A stretch of 53,888 nucleotides of DNA from Flavobacteriales bacterium (GTDB lineage Bacteria > Bacteroidota > Bacteroidia > Flavobacteriales > Flavobacteriaceae). This document shows, one piece after another, positions 38,937 to 48,732 of this stretch. Position numbers and translations under genes: made by a program. The notes beneath the pieces are model-generated. The model was given only the letters and a program-made list of their open reading frames with translations, was not told the DNA's origin and searched no databases. Location of the stretch: contig QIJL01000618.1 in assembly GCA_003232435.1 (NCBI GenBank), forward strand, positions 1-53,888, written 5' to 3'. Positions within the stretch are counted from its first letter, which is position 1, and every line of letters begins with the position of its first letter.

Positions 38937-38937
38937 C

Positions 38938-40176
38938 ATGCTAAAAACCTTTGGTAAAAAACTAATTATAGCCTTGGGCCTGATCGGCCCCGGATTATTT
39001 CTCATAGGGTACAACATAGGTACCGGCAGTGTTATTACCATGGCAAAAGCAGGTGCCGAGTATGGCATGTCGCTCTTTTGGGCATTGGTTCTTTCTTGTG
39101 TTTTTACCTATGTCTTAATGGTTGCTTACGGCCAGGTAACACTGGTCTCGGGTAAAACGGCACTATTCAACATCAAACGGAATATCAAATTCGGAAAGCC
39201 CTTGGCCCTGTATATTCTGGCCGCCCTGATAATCGGTGAAGTTTTGGCACTTATGGGTATTATGGGCATAGCTGCCGATTTACTTCAAGAAGGGGCACGG
39301 TTGCTTGGCAATGGAACCGTTATCAGTACCGTAGCGATTACCACTGTTTTGGTAATAGCACTTTTCGCCTTGTTGTACTACGGTCGGTATGCCCTGTTCG
39401 AAAAAATACTAACGGGAGTCGTCTTGTTCATGGGCCTCAGTTTTATCGTGGTTTTCTTTATGGTAAAGCCCGATTTTGTTGAAATAGCAAAAGGCCTGAT
39501 CCCTAAAATTCCGGATAAACCAGGCTCTTTTGGGTTGATCGCGGCCATAGTCGGTACTACCTGTTCTGCTGCGGTCTTTGTGGTACGAAGTATTGTTGTA
39601 AGCGAGAAAGGATGGGGCATAGCGAACTTGAAAACAGAAAAACGGGATGCCCTTGTCTCGGCTTTTATGATGTTATTGCTAAGCGGCTGCATTATGGCCG
39701 TTGCTGCGGGCACGCTTCATGTTATGGGCAAAAACCTTGAAAACACCTTGGATCTGATTACCTTGTTCGAACCGATAGGGGGCAAACTAGCCTCGTTCAT
39801 TCTAATATTCGGTATTACCAGTGCCGCTATTTCAACTATCTTTCCTATCATACTGATCGCACCCTGGTTGATTTGCGACTATACGGGAAAACCTAGAAAT
39901 ATTAAATCTCCCATGTTCAGGATATTGGGAGGGTTGGGATTGTTGCTTAGCTTCGGTGCGCAATTTGTTGATATGCGACCCCCTGCATTAATGATCTTTT
40001 CACAGGCCTTTCAAGCATGTATACTTCCAGCGGTAACACTGCCCATTCTCATTTTGATAAACAATAAATCGATAATGGGCGAGCATACGGCAAGCCGTCG
40101 AATGAACATTGGCATTGGATCGGTATTGGTATTCGGATTGATTACAACTTATTTTGCCATTATCGATTTTATTTAA
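38938..40176 (+). CDS. NRAMP-like (APC-fold) transporter
   Basis: IGPG...NIGTGSV...AGAEYG, ~11 TM segments, C-terminal MGEH. Confidence 0.8.
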   Translation: MLKTFGKKLIIALGLIGPGLFLIGYNIGTGSVITMAKAGAEYGMSLFWALVLSCVFTYVLMVAYGQVTLVSGKTALFNIKRNIKFGKPLALYILAALIIGEVLALMGIMGIAADLLQEGARLLGNGTVISTVAITTVLVIALFALLYYGRYALFEKILTGVVLFMGLSFIVVFFMVKPDFVEIAKGLIPKIPDKPGSFGLIAAIVGTTCSAAVFVVRSIVVSEKGWGIANLKTEKRDALVSAFMMLLLSGCIMAVAAGTLHVMGKNLENTLDLITLFEPIGGKLASFILIFGITSAAISTIFPIILIAPWLICDYTGKPRNIKSPMFRILGGLGLLLSFGAQFVDMRPPALMIFSQAFQACILPAVTLPILILINNKSIMGEHTASRRMNIGIGSVLVFGLITTYFAIIDFI

Positions 40177-40180
40177 CTAT

Positions 40181-40340
40181 GAACTGGTTTAAACTTTTTG
40201 TTTGGAACGAAGAATATCGGCTTTTGTGCCCAGATGAAGCCATTTTTTAACAGCATAGTAGGGCTACGGTGGTCAAAAATGACGAAATATGGGTGCAAAA
40301 TGTGATATTTGCAGGTAAAAGAGAAAGTTTAAACGAGTTC
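40181..40340. mobile_element. MITE with 17-bp TIRs (IS5-like, tentative) within the nag operon
   Basis: GAACTGGTTTAAACTTT ... AAAGTTTAAACGAGTTC. A lone related end lies near 45066-45085. Confidence 0.78.
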
Positions 40341-40341
40341 A

Positions 40342-41604
40342 ATGAGGTACAAAGCTATATTTGACATTTTAAGAATTATATTTCTTGCTGGTCTAATGGT
40401 CGGTTGTGTAGACCAAAAAAAAGAAGTTGATACTGACGTTTCGGTTATGGATACATTATTTTATGCTGACGCGAAACCCATTGCGATCAAGATCAAAGAT
40501 GGAAAAATCGAGGAATTGATCAGGGGAAAACCAAAACAGCTTGACACAACCAAAGGCGCGGTGTATGTAGCACCCGGATTGATAGATCACCAGGTCAACG
40601 GTTATTTATCACATTCGTTCGTAGGCGATGATCTAGATGCCGAAAAGGTCGAGAAAATTACGGTGGGGTTCTGGAAAAATGGAATAACCACTTTTTTACC
40701 GACCTTGACTACGGAATCCGATGAAGTACTCTTGAGAAACTTTAAAATTTTAAATGAAATTTTGGAGGATAAACGTCTGGCACAATCCATTCCGGGGTTT
40801 CATTTAGAAGGGCCGTATATTTCCCCGGTCGATGGTTATCGGGGAGCTCATAACTTAGACTACATCCGCAAGCCGGATTGGCAAGAGTTTGAAAGGTGGC
40901 ACCATGCCTCGGGCGGCCGTATCAAAGAGGTGACCATTGCTCCTGAGTCGGAAGGAGCCATGGGGTTCATTAAGAAATGTATTGCCAATAATATTAGGGT
41001 CGCCATAGGGCACTCCAACGCATCCACGGAAGAAATCAATCAGGCCGTTGAGCTGGGGGCGTCTATATCAACACACTTAGGAAACGGATGTGCGAATTTA
41101 ATCCACAGACATCACAACCCCATCTGGCCCCAATTGGCGGAAGATAAGTTGTTCGCCAGTATCATTGTGGACGGATTTCACTTAACAAGGGAAGAGGTAC
41201 GAACTTTTTATAAAGTAAAAGGCCCCGATAAAACGATTTTGGTCTCCGATATCACACGTTGGGCGGGAATGCCGCCCGGCACCTATTCCGATTTTGGCCA
41301 AGAGGTAGTGGTAACAGAAGAAGGTGCCATTATGATGCCATCGGAAAATGTATTGGCCGGAGCTTCTTTTTTAATCAACCGAGGCATTGAAAATATTGTC
41401 GAATTTACCGGGTGTTCGTTAAAAGAGGCAATTGATATGAGTACAAAAAATCCCGCACAAGCCCTGGGACTAACAGATAGGGGCGCCATTGAAATTGGGA
41501 AAAGGGCAGATTTGGTTTATTTTAGATTTGATTCGGGCAAATTGGAGATTTTAAAAACCATTGTGGGGGGAGAAGTGGTATACGAAAAAGGGATTGCAAA
41601 CTAA
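40342..41604 (+). CDS. nagA: N-acetylglucosamine-6-phosphate deacetylase family, with lipoprotein signal
   Basis: PGLIDHQVNG, HLEGPY, RGAH, TIAPE, GHS, THLGN, DGFH, LVSD; lipobox MVGC. Confidence 0.88.
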   Translation: MRYKAIFDILRIIFLAGLMVGCVDQKKEVDTDVSVMDTLFYADAKPIAIKIKDGKIEELIRGKPKQLDTTKGAVYVAPGLIDHQVNGYLSHSFVGDDLDAEKVEKITVGFWKNGITTFLPTLTTESDEVLLRNFKILNEILEDKRLAQSIPGFHLEGPYISPVDGYRGAHNLDYIRKPDWQEFERWHHASGGRIKEVTIAPESEGAMGFIKKCIANNIRVAIGHSNASTEEINQAVELGASISTHLGNGCANLIHRHHNPIWPQLAEDKLFASIIVDGFHLTREEVRTFYKVKGPDKTILVSDITRWAGMPPGTYSDFGQEVVVTEEGAIMMPSENVLAGASFLINRGIENIVEFTGCSLKEAIDMSTKNPAQALGLTDRGAIEIGKRADLVYFRFDSGKLEILKTIVGGEVVYEKGIAN

Positions 41605-41635
41605 TTCAGTAGACAGAACATTAATAATTCTGAAT

Positions 41636-41947
41636 CATTGTTGTCCGGTAAAAGATACAAGACCGCTTACTTCGACAGGCTCAGCACAGGTCGCTATTAG
41701 AATAAAGAACAAAGACCCTGCCGAATGGCAGGCGGGCAGGCGCGACCGTAACCAACTGATAACCTGCTTAGCAGTGATATGTAAATTTTACGTCTTATAA
41801 TTCTCATTACATTGTCCAAAAGCACTTGTGCTGAGCTTGGTCGAAGTAAGGTGTCTTACCTGCCTGCCGGCAGGTTTTAAAAACCTTTTAAACTTTACAA
41901 TGGCAAGGCTTTAAATAGATCTGGATAATTTTAATCGGAAAACAATA
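41636..41947. mobile_element. MITE of the same family as 12788..13035, 9-bp target duplication
   Basis: ATTCTGAAT|CATTGTTGTCCGGT ... ATCGGAAAACAATA|ATTCTGAAT. The first ~75 bp match the reverse complement of ~12960-13035. Confidence 0.85.
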
Positions 41948-42081
41948 ATTCTGAATAGATCCATCACAAGACAGTATCGTTGTTGCTCTGGGTGAACCGT
42001 TCTTGAATTTGTACGGGCAAAAGAGCGATGCCCTTTCAACAGTTCAATGTCGGAACAATACTCGATAAAAATTCAAAGGAA

Positions 42082-43314
42082 ATGATTCAAAGAACAAAAA
42101 CAATCTTAAAATCCCTCGGGCCGGGATTTATAGTAGCCGCCGTGGTTTTAGGGCCGGGCAGCATCACGACCGCTACTAAAATAGGGGCGACCCAAGGGTA
42201 TGATTTTTTATGGGTAATTCTTATTGCCGCCATTTCAATGGTCGTCTACATGAACATGAGTGCTCGTTTCGGGGTATTGCATACTCAATCGATCTTGGGC
42301 GTAATTGCCGAAAAATACGGGAGGTGGTTTTCCATAGTTATCGGAGTGAGTTCTTTTTTGGCCGCTTTAAGTTTTCAGTTTGGCAATAATTTGGGTGTGG
42401 GCATGGGCATGGAAACCCTAACGGGAATTGATATCAAACTTTGGCCCCTCATATTCACGCCCTTGGCAATAGTGCTGATCTTCTTCACGAAAAATTTGTA
42501 CAAGACTCTCGAAAAACTAATGATGTTTATGGTAATGGCAATGATTTTGGCATTTGTCGTAAACCTTGTTTTCATCAAGCCCGATCTGGTCGCCGCAGCC
42601 TCTGGCTTTGTGCCAAAGTCTTTCTCAATGGACAATTTCAGTGAACTAGCGGCAATTGTGGGCACCACTTTTGTATTGCACTGTGCTTTGTACCAATCGT
42701 ACCTGGTCCAGAGCAAAGGATGGAAACTGGAAGATAAGGACAAGGGGATAAAAGATTCTAATTTTGGTGTTTTTTTGCTGGCGTTAATGTCCGTCTTGGT
42801 AATCATGACCGCGGCGGCCACTTTAAAACCATTGGGAATTACAGTAAATTCAGCATCTGATATGGCCATGCAGTTAGAAGTGCTTTTGGGAAGTTACGCC
42901 AAATATATTTTTGCCTTCGGTTTTATTTCCGCCGCTTTCTCGTCACTTCTCGTAAACGCGGTGATCGGCGGGGGCCTTTTGTCAGATGGCCTGGGAATGG
43001 GGCGGTCTATGAACGAGAAAATGCCGAAAATGTTCACTACACTCATTTTACTGGCCGGAATGGCGATCGCGATCTATGTTGCCAGCGATGTAGGTAGTCC
43101 GGTATACTCATTGATCTTGGCTCAAGCTTCTTCCATAATCGCAGTGCCCTTGATAGCCATAGGCCTGTTTTTGGTACTTAATCGTAAAGATGTAATGGGA
43201 AAGTACAGAAACACACTTCTTCAAAATATATTGGCCCTGATCGGGTTTATTTTAATATGTGTTCTGGTCTATATAATGTATGGCAAACTGATCGGGTATT
43301 TTACAGCCCTGTGA
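42082..43314 (+). CDS. Second NRAMP-like (APC-fold) transporter
   Basis: LGPGFIVAAVVLGPGSITT, GATQGY, ~11 TM segments, MGKYRN. Confidence 0.82.
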   Translation: MIQRTKTILKSLGPGFIVAAVVLGPGSITTATKIGATQGYDFLWVILIAAISMVVYMNMSARFGVLHTQSILGVIAEKYGRWFSIVIGVSSFLAALSFQFGNNLGVGMGMETLTGIDIKLWPLIFTPLAIVLIFFTKNLYKTLEKLMMFMVMAMILAFVVNLVFIKPDLVAAASGFVPKSFSMDNFSELAAIVGTTFVLHCALYQSYLVQSKGWKLEDKDKGIKDSNFGVFLLALMSVLVIMTAAATLKPLGITVNSASDMAMQLEVLLGSYAKYIFAFGFISAAFSSLLVNAVIGGGLLSDGLGMGRSMNEKMPKMFTTLILLAGMAIAIYVASDVGSPVYSLILAQASSIIAVPLIAIGLFLVLNRKDVMGKYRNTLLQNILALIGFILICVLVYIMYGKLIGYFTAL

Positions 43315-43353
43315 TCGGTATATTGAAAAAGCTTAAACCAGTTCATTCCAAGT

Positions 43354-44235
43354 ATGGGCAAAACCGAGAGAACAAAAATAACGATCAGGCAAATGCAGGG
43401 TACGGATATGAACACCGTGATGCAGATCAAGAATGCCGAAAACTGGAATCAAACCGTAGAAGACTGGCAATTTTTGATGCGTTCCGGTTCCGAGCTTTGT
43501 TTAGTGGCCGTTCTTAAAAATCGGGTAATAGGCACCGTTACGGCAATAAACTATCAGAATCGGTTAGCATGGATCGGTATGATGCTCGTTTCCAAAAATC
43601 ATCGGGGAATGGGGGTCGGTAAACTTCTTTTGAATACCATTATCGAAAAATTGAAAGATTGCGTATCTATCAAACTCGATGCTACACCTGCGGGTATTCC
43701 GGTGTACAAGAAACTTGGTTTCATAAAGGAGTTTACAATAGACAGAATGGTTTCAAAAGAACCAAGAACTATAGATACCGATCAACATCGCGAAACCCCT
43801 ATGGGCGTATCACGAATTTTGGAAAGCGATATTACGCACATAGCGAACATAGATAAGACTCTTTTCGGTGCGGATAGATCCGACCTGTTCCGATTTCTAT
43901 ATGATAGCCATAAAAATATCGGTCTTCAATTGAAAAAGAACAAACAGTTAAAAGGGTATCTTTTTGGTAGGAAAGGGAGCGATTTTGTTCAAGTAGGCCC
44001 CGTTATGGCAGATTCTACCCTAGTAGCCCGAAAATTGTTGTGCGAAGTATTTCAAAAATTGAAAGGGCAATCGGTGGTAGTTGATGTTTTGGGAGACAAG
44101 ACAGATCTTAAGAATTGGTTGTTTTCCATTGGGTTTTCCGGGCAGCGAAGTTTCACAAGAATGGTTCTAAAATCAAATAAATTTTCAGGAAAATCGGAAA
44201 ATCAATTTTTAATATGTGGGCCTGAACTAGGGTAA
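43354..44235 (+). CDS. GNAT acetyltransferase (YitH-like two-domain)
   Basis: WNQ, WIGMMLV...HRGMGVG, LDATPAG..VYKKLGF, FGADR. Confidence 0.85.
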   Translation: MGKTERTKITIRQMQGTDMNTVMQIKNAENWNQTVEDWQFLMRSGSELCLVAVLKNRVIGTVTAINYQNRLAWIGMMLVSKNHRGMGVGKLLLNTIIEKLKDCVSIKLDATPAGIPVYKKLGFIKEFTIDRMVSKEPRTIDTDQHRETPMGVSRILESDITHIANIDKTLFGADRSDLFRFLYDSHKNIGLQLKKNKQLKGYLFGRKGSDFVQVGPVMADSTLVARKLLCEVFQKLKGQSVVVDVLGDKTDLKNWLFSIGFSGQRSFTRMVLKSNKFSGKSENQFLICGPELG

Positions 44236-44251
44236 TAGCGATCAAGTACCC

Positions 44252-45025
44252 CTATGCGATAACAACTTTGACCCCGACATTTTCAAGTCCCGATTTTTGC
44301 TCATTGCTTATGCCGTTATCAGTCACTATGATATCGATATTGGAAATCGGACAGATAAAAGCCAGACTTCTTTTACCGATTTTGCTAGAGTCTGCCAGAA
44401 CAATGATCTGATTCGACATTTCGATCATGGTGCTATTAAAATGAGCCTCTTCCACATTAGGGGTCGACAGGCCATAATCGACATCCAATCCGTCGACGCC
44501 CAAAAACAATTTATCACAAAAATAATTTCTTAAACTTTTTTCTGCAGAGGTACCAACCAATGAAAATGATTTTTTTCTAAGAGACCCACCGGGGATTATA
44601 ACTTGGGCATTATCGTTCTTATATAGTTGATTTACGATGTTCAAAGCATTGGTTATGACCGTTAGCTCTACCTTTTCTTTCAGATTTCTAACAAGCTCCA
44701 TCGCCGTGGTCCCCGAATCGATCATTATGATGTCACCTTCATTTACAAAGTCGGCCGCTTTGGAACCGATCAGTTGCTTCGCCCTAATATTGATTTTATC
44801 CTTTTCTGAAATGTGATAGTCGATTCCTACAGAATCAAGTTTCAAAGCACCCCCCCGGGCCCTGAGCAGAATATTCTTTTTCTCTAGGTTGGCCAAATCA
44901 TTTCTAATGGTAACCTCGCTCACTTCAAACATTTTGCTCAAGTCGCTCACGTTCACTCTCCCCTTGAGGTCAAGCTCTTTGATAATTATCGATCTGCGTT
45001 CGACAGTAGATTTTTTATTGGTCAT
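44252..45025 (-). CDS. DeoR/GlpR-family regulator (AgaR-like)
   Basis: VSEVTIRNDL HTH, DSGTT, ITNA, LFLGVDG, DSSK. Start placed after the TACTTTTG promoter near 45060-45053. Confidence 0.92.
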   Translation of the reverse strand: MTNKKSTVERRSIIIKELDLKGRVNVSDLSKMFEVSEVTIRNDLANLEKKNILLRARGGALKLDSVGIDYHISEKDKINIRAKQLIGSKAADFVNEGDIIMIDSGTTAMELVRNLKEKVELTVITNALNIVNQLYKNDNAQVIIPGGSLRKKSFSLVGTSAEKSLRNYFCDKLFLGVDGLDVDYGLSTPNVEEAHFNSTMIEMSNQIIVLADSSKIGKRSLAFICPISNIDIIVTDNGISNEQKSGLENVGVKVVIA

Positions 45026-45254
45026 AAACTCTGTATTATCGGGTGTTGGATGCAAAAGTACTCAATGAACCGGTTTAAACTTTTTGGATTGAAGCGAAAA
45101 TTAGATATTTTTCAAACGTTCCCCCGAACCCCAGAATACACCATGTAAAATTCTTTAAGATGATACCATGGCAAATAAGTAGGTTCACATTGCACGAAAC
45201 AAAGAACGGTCGCAATATATTAAAAAATGGGATTGTTAAACTAGTATAGATAGT

Positions 45255-46135
45255 TCTTTATTTATTACCTGCATGTTACAAGGCCTACGAAGCCCGAATG
45301 GTTTTTCGGATCGGAAGATAGCGCTCCTGCAAATATGACCGGTTGGATACCAGATGCGCTCATTCCTTCAAATGCCCTAGGTAAGGGTGGTTTCCCTGTA
45401 ATTGTTCCCAAAACAGAAAAAGTTACCATAAGAGACCAGAACCGTCTAGAAATTATAGAGCGGCCAGCTAGTCAAAACCAAGGTTTTTGGATCGATTTGC
45501 ATCTACCAAGAGATAGAAACTACGCGGTAGGACAGTACATATCTGAAATAACCGCCTGGGTTAACGGAAAAGCAACATCAACGATTCCAGTAGAAATTGA
45601 ATTGATCAATGCATATCTGTCAGATGACAATCATTCCAATGTCTGGCTATATACTTCAAGAAATAATGCCTTACAGCATTATTTCCCGACTCTTACCTTA
45701 GAGCAGATCAACAAAATGATCAAGTTCGAGGCACATCGCCATCGTATAGATTTGGTAGGCGGGTTTGAAGTACATGGCAAACCATTCGACCTAAAAAAAT
45801 GACCGTCTATAAACCATATCTTGATGGTTCGGCCTTCACCCCTGAAAATGGTTACCATGGCTCGGGACAAGGAATAGGAGAAAAATTGTTTACGGTGGGG
45901 CATTTATGGCGAACCGGTATTGGGAACAACCAAAGATAGCATTCGATCCGAATCCAATAAGTGGGTCAATTGGTTTGACGCCAATGCCGCCAATGTCAAA
46001 TTTTTGGTACATGATCGACGAACCAGGACCGGTTCAATATCCGTGGATCAGACAAAATGCAGAATGGATAAAATCAAATCCAGGGCCAGGAAGCAGATTG
46101 CCAATATTTATAACCAATAGTTATAAAGAAGAAAT
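45255..46135 (+). pseudogene. Internal fragment of a DUF4091/GH123-like protein; two frameshifts; cut by IS200
   Basis: WIPDALIP...NQGFWIDLHLP...AHRHRI, then YKPYLDGSAFT..., then WYMIDEP. No N-terminus. Confidence 0.6.
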
Positions 46136-46673
46136 GAACTACCCCGAGGCAGAGCCATCGAGGTATCAAAACAAACGTAATTCATTCTTATGTATCTCTT
46201 TATATTTAGACTTTCCTTGGTTTTGGAGATATTTCTTTATAACATCCTCATTTGCATACTGCCCAACTGTATTGACATAATATCCACTTGTCCAAAATTT
46301 ACCGCCCCAAAGCGATTTTTTTACCTCTGGATGAAGCCTGAATATTTCCTTCGCCCTAATGCTCTTGATCGCGCCAATTATCTTTTTCGGAGCATTCGAA
46401 GGAACACTCTGAATCAGAAAATGAACGTGGTCACCATCAAGACCAATCTCCAAAAAATGAATGTCGTACCGTTCCTCTATTCCAAGACAAATCTGCTTGA
46501 ACGTAGCAGAAACAGATTCATCATGAACGTTTCTCCTATATTTGATGGGGCAAACAAAATGATAGAGCAACAAACTCTTGTTATGACGCTTGTGAATATG
46601 TTCACTCATAATCACAAAAATACATATCAGTACGCTACCCCGAGGCAGAACTTCGAGGAATTCTAATGATTAA
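46136..46673 (-). mobile_element. IS200-family insertion sequence (tnpA only)
   Basis: Subterminal hairpins taccccgaggcagagccatcgaggta and taccccgaggcagaacttcgagga flank tnpA. Confidence 0.88.
46166..46615 (-). CDS. tnpA: IS200/IS605 Y1 (HUH) transposase
   Basis: YHFVCPIKYRR, DHVHFLI (HUH), LWGGKFWTSGYY, KYLQNQ. Confidence 0.95.
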   Translation of the reverse strand: MIMSEHIHKRHNKSLLLYHFVCPIKYRRNVHDESVSATFKQICLGIEERYDIHFLEIGLDGDHVHFLIQSVPSNAPKKIIGAIKSIRAKEIFRLHPEVKKSLWGGKFWTSGYYVNTVGQYANEDVIKKYLQNQGKSKYKEIHKNELRLF

Positions 46674-46698
46674 AGTGCTGGTTATAAGTGATCTCAAA

Positions 46699-46949
46699 AC
46701 CTGAGTTCGATTAATATATATTTGTATATCAATACGTTATGTTTATTTCTTTGGAAAAATTGTCATTCTTCGCCTGCCTGCCCGCAGGCAGGCGAAGAAT
46801 GAGGAGGAATCTCAACCTGTTGGGATTTCTCTTTGGAGCCTGTCCTGAGCGGAGTCGAAGGGCTCATACTTCGCTCTGTCGAAATGACAAATCAATGATT
46901 TTCACTGTTTTACTCAATGCACCATCTAGATTATTAATCGAACTCAGGT
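46699..46949. mobile_element. MITE with perfect 18-bp TIRs (IS982-like, tentative), 5-bp target duplication, nested REP elements
   Basis: TCAAA|ACCTGAGTTCGATTAATA ... TATTAATCGAACTCAGGT|TCAAA. Confidence 0.88.
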
Positions 46950-46988
46950 TCAAAGTATTATCATAACATTGACCCATAACAAAAAAAC

Positions 46989-48659
46989 ATGAATTTCATT
47001 CGTTGTGCTACCGTTTTAGGAATTATACTTATTCTTATGTTTCTATCTTGTTCGGATCAAAAAAGAACAAACAGCTTGCTGAACCGAACTACTGCCGGAG
47101 AAGTCACCACTCCATATCCTACGATCAACAACCTTGCCATTGAATGGGGTATTCAGGGAGACCGTAATCTAAATGGAGTGGTGTCCGTTCAGTTTAAGGA
47201 AAAAGGCACAGCGAAATGGAAAAAGGGGATGTCTTTAAGGCGTGTTCCCGCCGGAGGTAAGGAAAATTTTTCATGGAAAAATAAGCATTCGGGCAGTATT
47301 TTTAATCTTCGACCGGACACGAATTATGAAATAAAATTGCAATTAAATGATCCGGACGGTGGAAGTGCCGAACAGATTATCGAAGTACGAACACGGCCAA
47401 TACCCCGGTATGGGGCCGATGCCAAAATTATTGAGCTGCCGGCCGGTACCTACGATACGCTACAGACCAAAAGCGGAACAAAAGAAAAACCGGTGGTTTA
47501 CAGAAGTGTCCAAGGAATGGCAACATATAGATCCATTGACTTGAGAAACAAAAAATGGGTGTTTGTAGAAGGAATACACGTTGATAATTTGGTGGAGAAC
47601 GGGATTGGAATTCAAATGGGCGGTTCACGGAATTGTGTGGTTCGGCACTGTACGATCAATGCCGACTTTGGTATTGTAGCCTATTTTCCTGGTGCTTATA
47701 ATAGCTATATAAGCGATAACACTATTTTAGGTATGGGCGAGTGGATTCCTAAAACCATGGGAGCCAAAGGGCATAAGTACGGGGCAACCCTCGGAGAAGG
47801 CATACAAATGACAGGGGCCGGAAATGTGATCTGTTATAATAAAGTAACCGGTTTTCGCGATTGTATTTCTACCATGGAAGAAAGACCAAATACAAAGTAT
47901 CCCGGCACCGGCGCTACGGAACAAATTTCTTTTGATATCCATAATAATGATATTTATATGGGTTTAGATGATGGTATTGAAGCAGATTTTTGTTTGTCAA
48001 ATGTCCGGGTTTATAATAACAGGCTTACCAATTGTTTTGTGGGTTTGAGTGCTCAGCCAACTCTGGGCGGACCTACTTATTTTATCCGAAATGCGATGTA
48101 TAATATTATCCATGCAGCTTTTAAACTAAAACGCGACAGCTATGGTGATGTGGTATTGCACAATACGGTTATTAAGGTAGGTGCGGGGCTTGGAGGAAAT
48201 GACGCAGGAATTGACTATACTTATTTTAGAAACAACCTGGCAATTGGAGGCCTTGACGGAGGCGGAATATGGGGAGGTTATGATGCAGGCAAATCCTATG
48301 CAGCAGAAATTAAAGGCCCTGGGCCAAATAGTAGTTTTGATTATGATGCTGTGGGAGTGGTCGATACAGTTTATTTTGCCGTGATTGGAGAAAAACCGTT
48401 TTCGGAAGTAGAGAAACATGGTATTGAACAACTAGACATAAATAAAGTTTTCGACAATATTGAATTCCCACTTCCCCCAACACCGGAAAGAGCGGCACCT
48501 GATTTAAGACCTGTGACAGAATCTCGTGTTGTGGATGCAGGGCTATATATTCCAAATATTAATGATGGCTTTATGGGAAAAGCACCGGATTGTGGCGCCT
48601 ATGAGACAGGACAAGCCTTGCCACATTATGGGCCAAGAATAAGAAATAGTGGGAAATGA
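46989..48659 (+). CDS. Right-handed parallel beta-helix lipoprotein (putative polysaccharide-active)
   Basis: Lipobox FLSC, FN3-like N-terminus (LRPDTNYEIKL), Asn-ladder repeats, DDGIEAD, APDCGAYE. Confidence 0.8.
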   Translation: MNFIRCATVLGIILILMFLSCSDQKRTNSLLNRTTAGEVTTPYPTINNLAIEWGIQGDRNLNGVVSVQFKEKGTAKWKKGMSLRRVPAGGKENFSWKNKHSGSIFNLRPDTNYEIKLQLNDPDGGSAEQIIEVRTRPIPRYGADAKIIELPAGTYDTLQTKSGTKEKPVVYRSVQGMATYRSIDLRNKKWVFVEGIHVDNLVENGIGIQMGGSRNCVVRHCTINADFGIVAYFPGAYNSYISDNTILGMGEWIPKTMGAKGHKYGATLGEGIQMTGAGNVICYNKVTGFRDCISTMEERPNTKYPGTGATEQISFDIHNNDIYMGLDDGIEADFCLSNVRVYNNRLTNCFVGLSAQPTLGGPTYFIRNAMYNIIHAAFKLKRDSYGDVVLHNTVIKVGAGLGGNDAGIDYTYFRNNLAIGGLDGGGIWGGYDAGKSYAAEIKGPGPNSSFDYDAVGVVDTVYFAVIGEKPFSEVEKHGIEQLDINKVFDNIEFPLPPTPERAAPDLRPVTESRVVDAGLYIPNINDGFMGKAPDCGAYETGQALPHYGPRIRNSGK

Positions 48660-48732
48660 TCGGGCGATCAAACCATATTTAAAACAGGTCTACAAACTTA
48701 ATAAGTATTCAATACATAAAAAGATTTTACCG

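Noticed and set aside
39008-39025. GGTACAACATAGGTAC matching the repeats after tRNA-Asp as a possible second att site
   Set aside because: It encodes GYNIGT inside an intact transporter gene, with no tRNA-derived core beside it; likely coincidence.
12788-41947. Inversion by recombination between the two related, oppositely oriented MITEs
   Set aside because: Each copy retains its own matching target duplication (ATTGTTAT; ATTCTGAAT); recombination would have swapped the flanks.
46166-46700. IS605-type TnpB or RNA-guided nuclease system
   Set aside because: The element carries only tnpA between its hairpins; no tnpB/iscB ORF is nearby.
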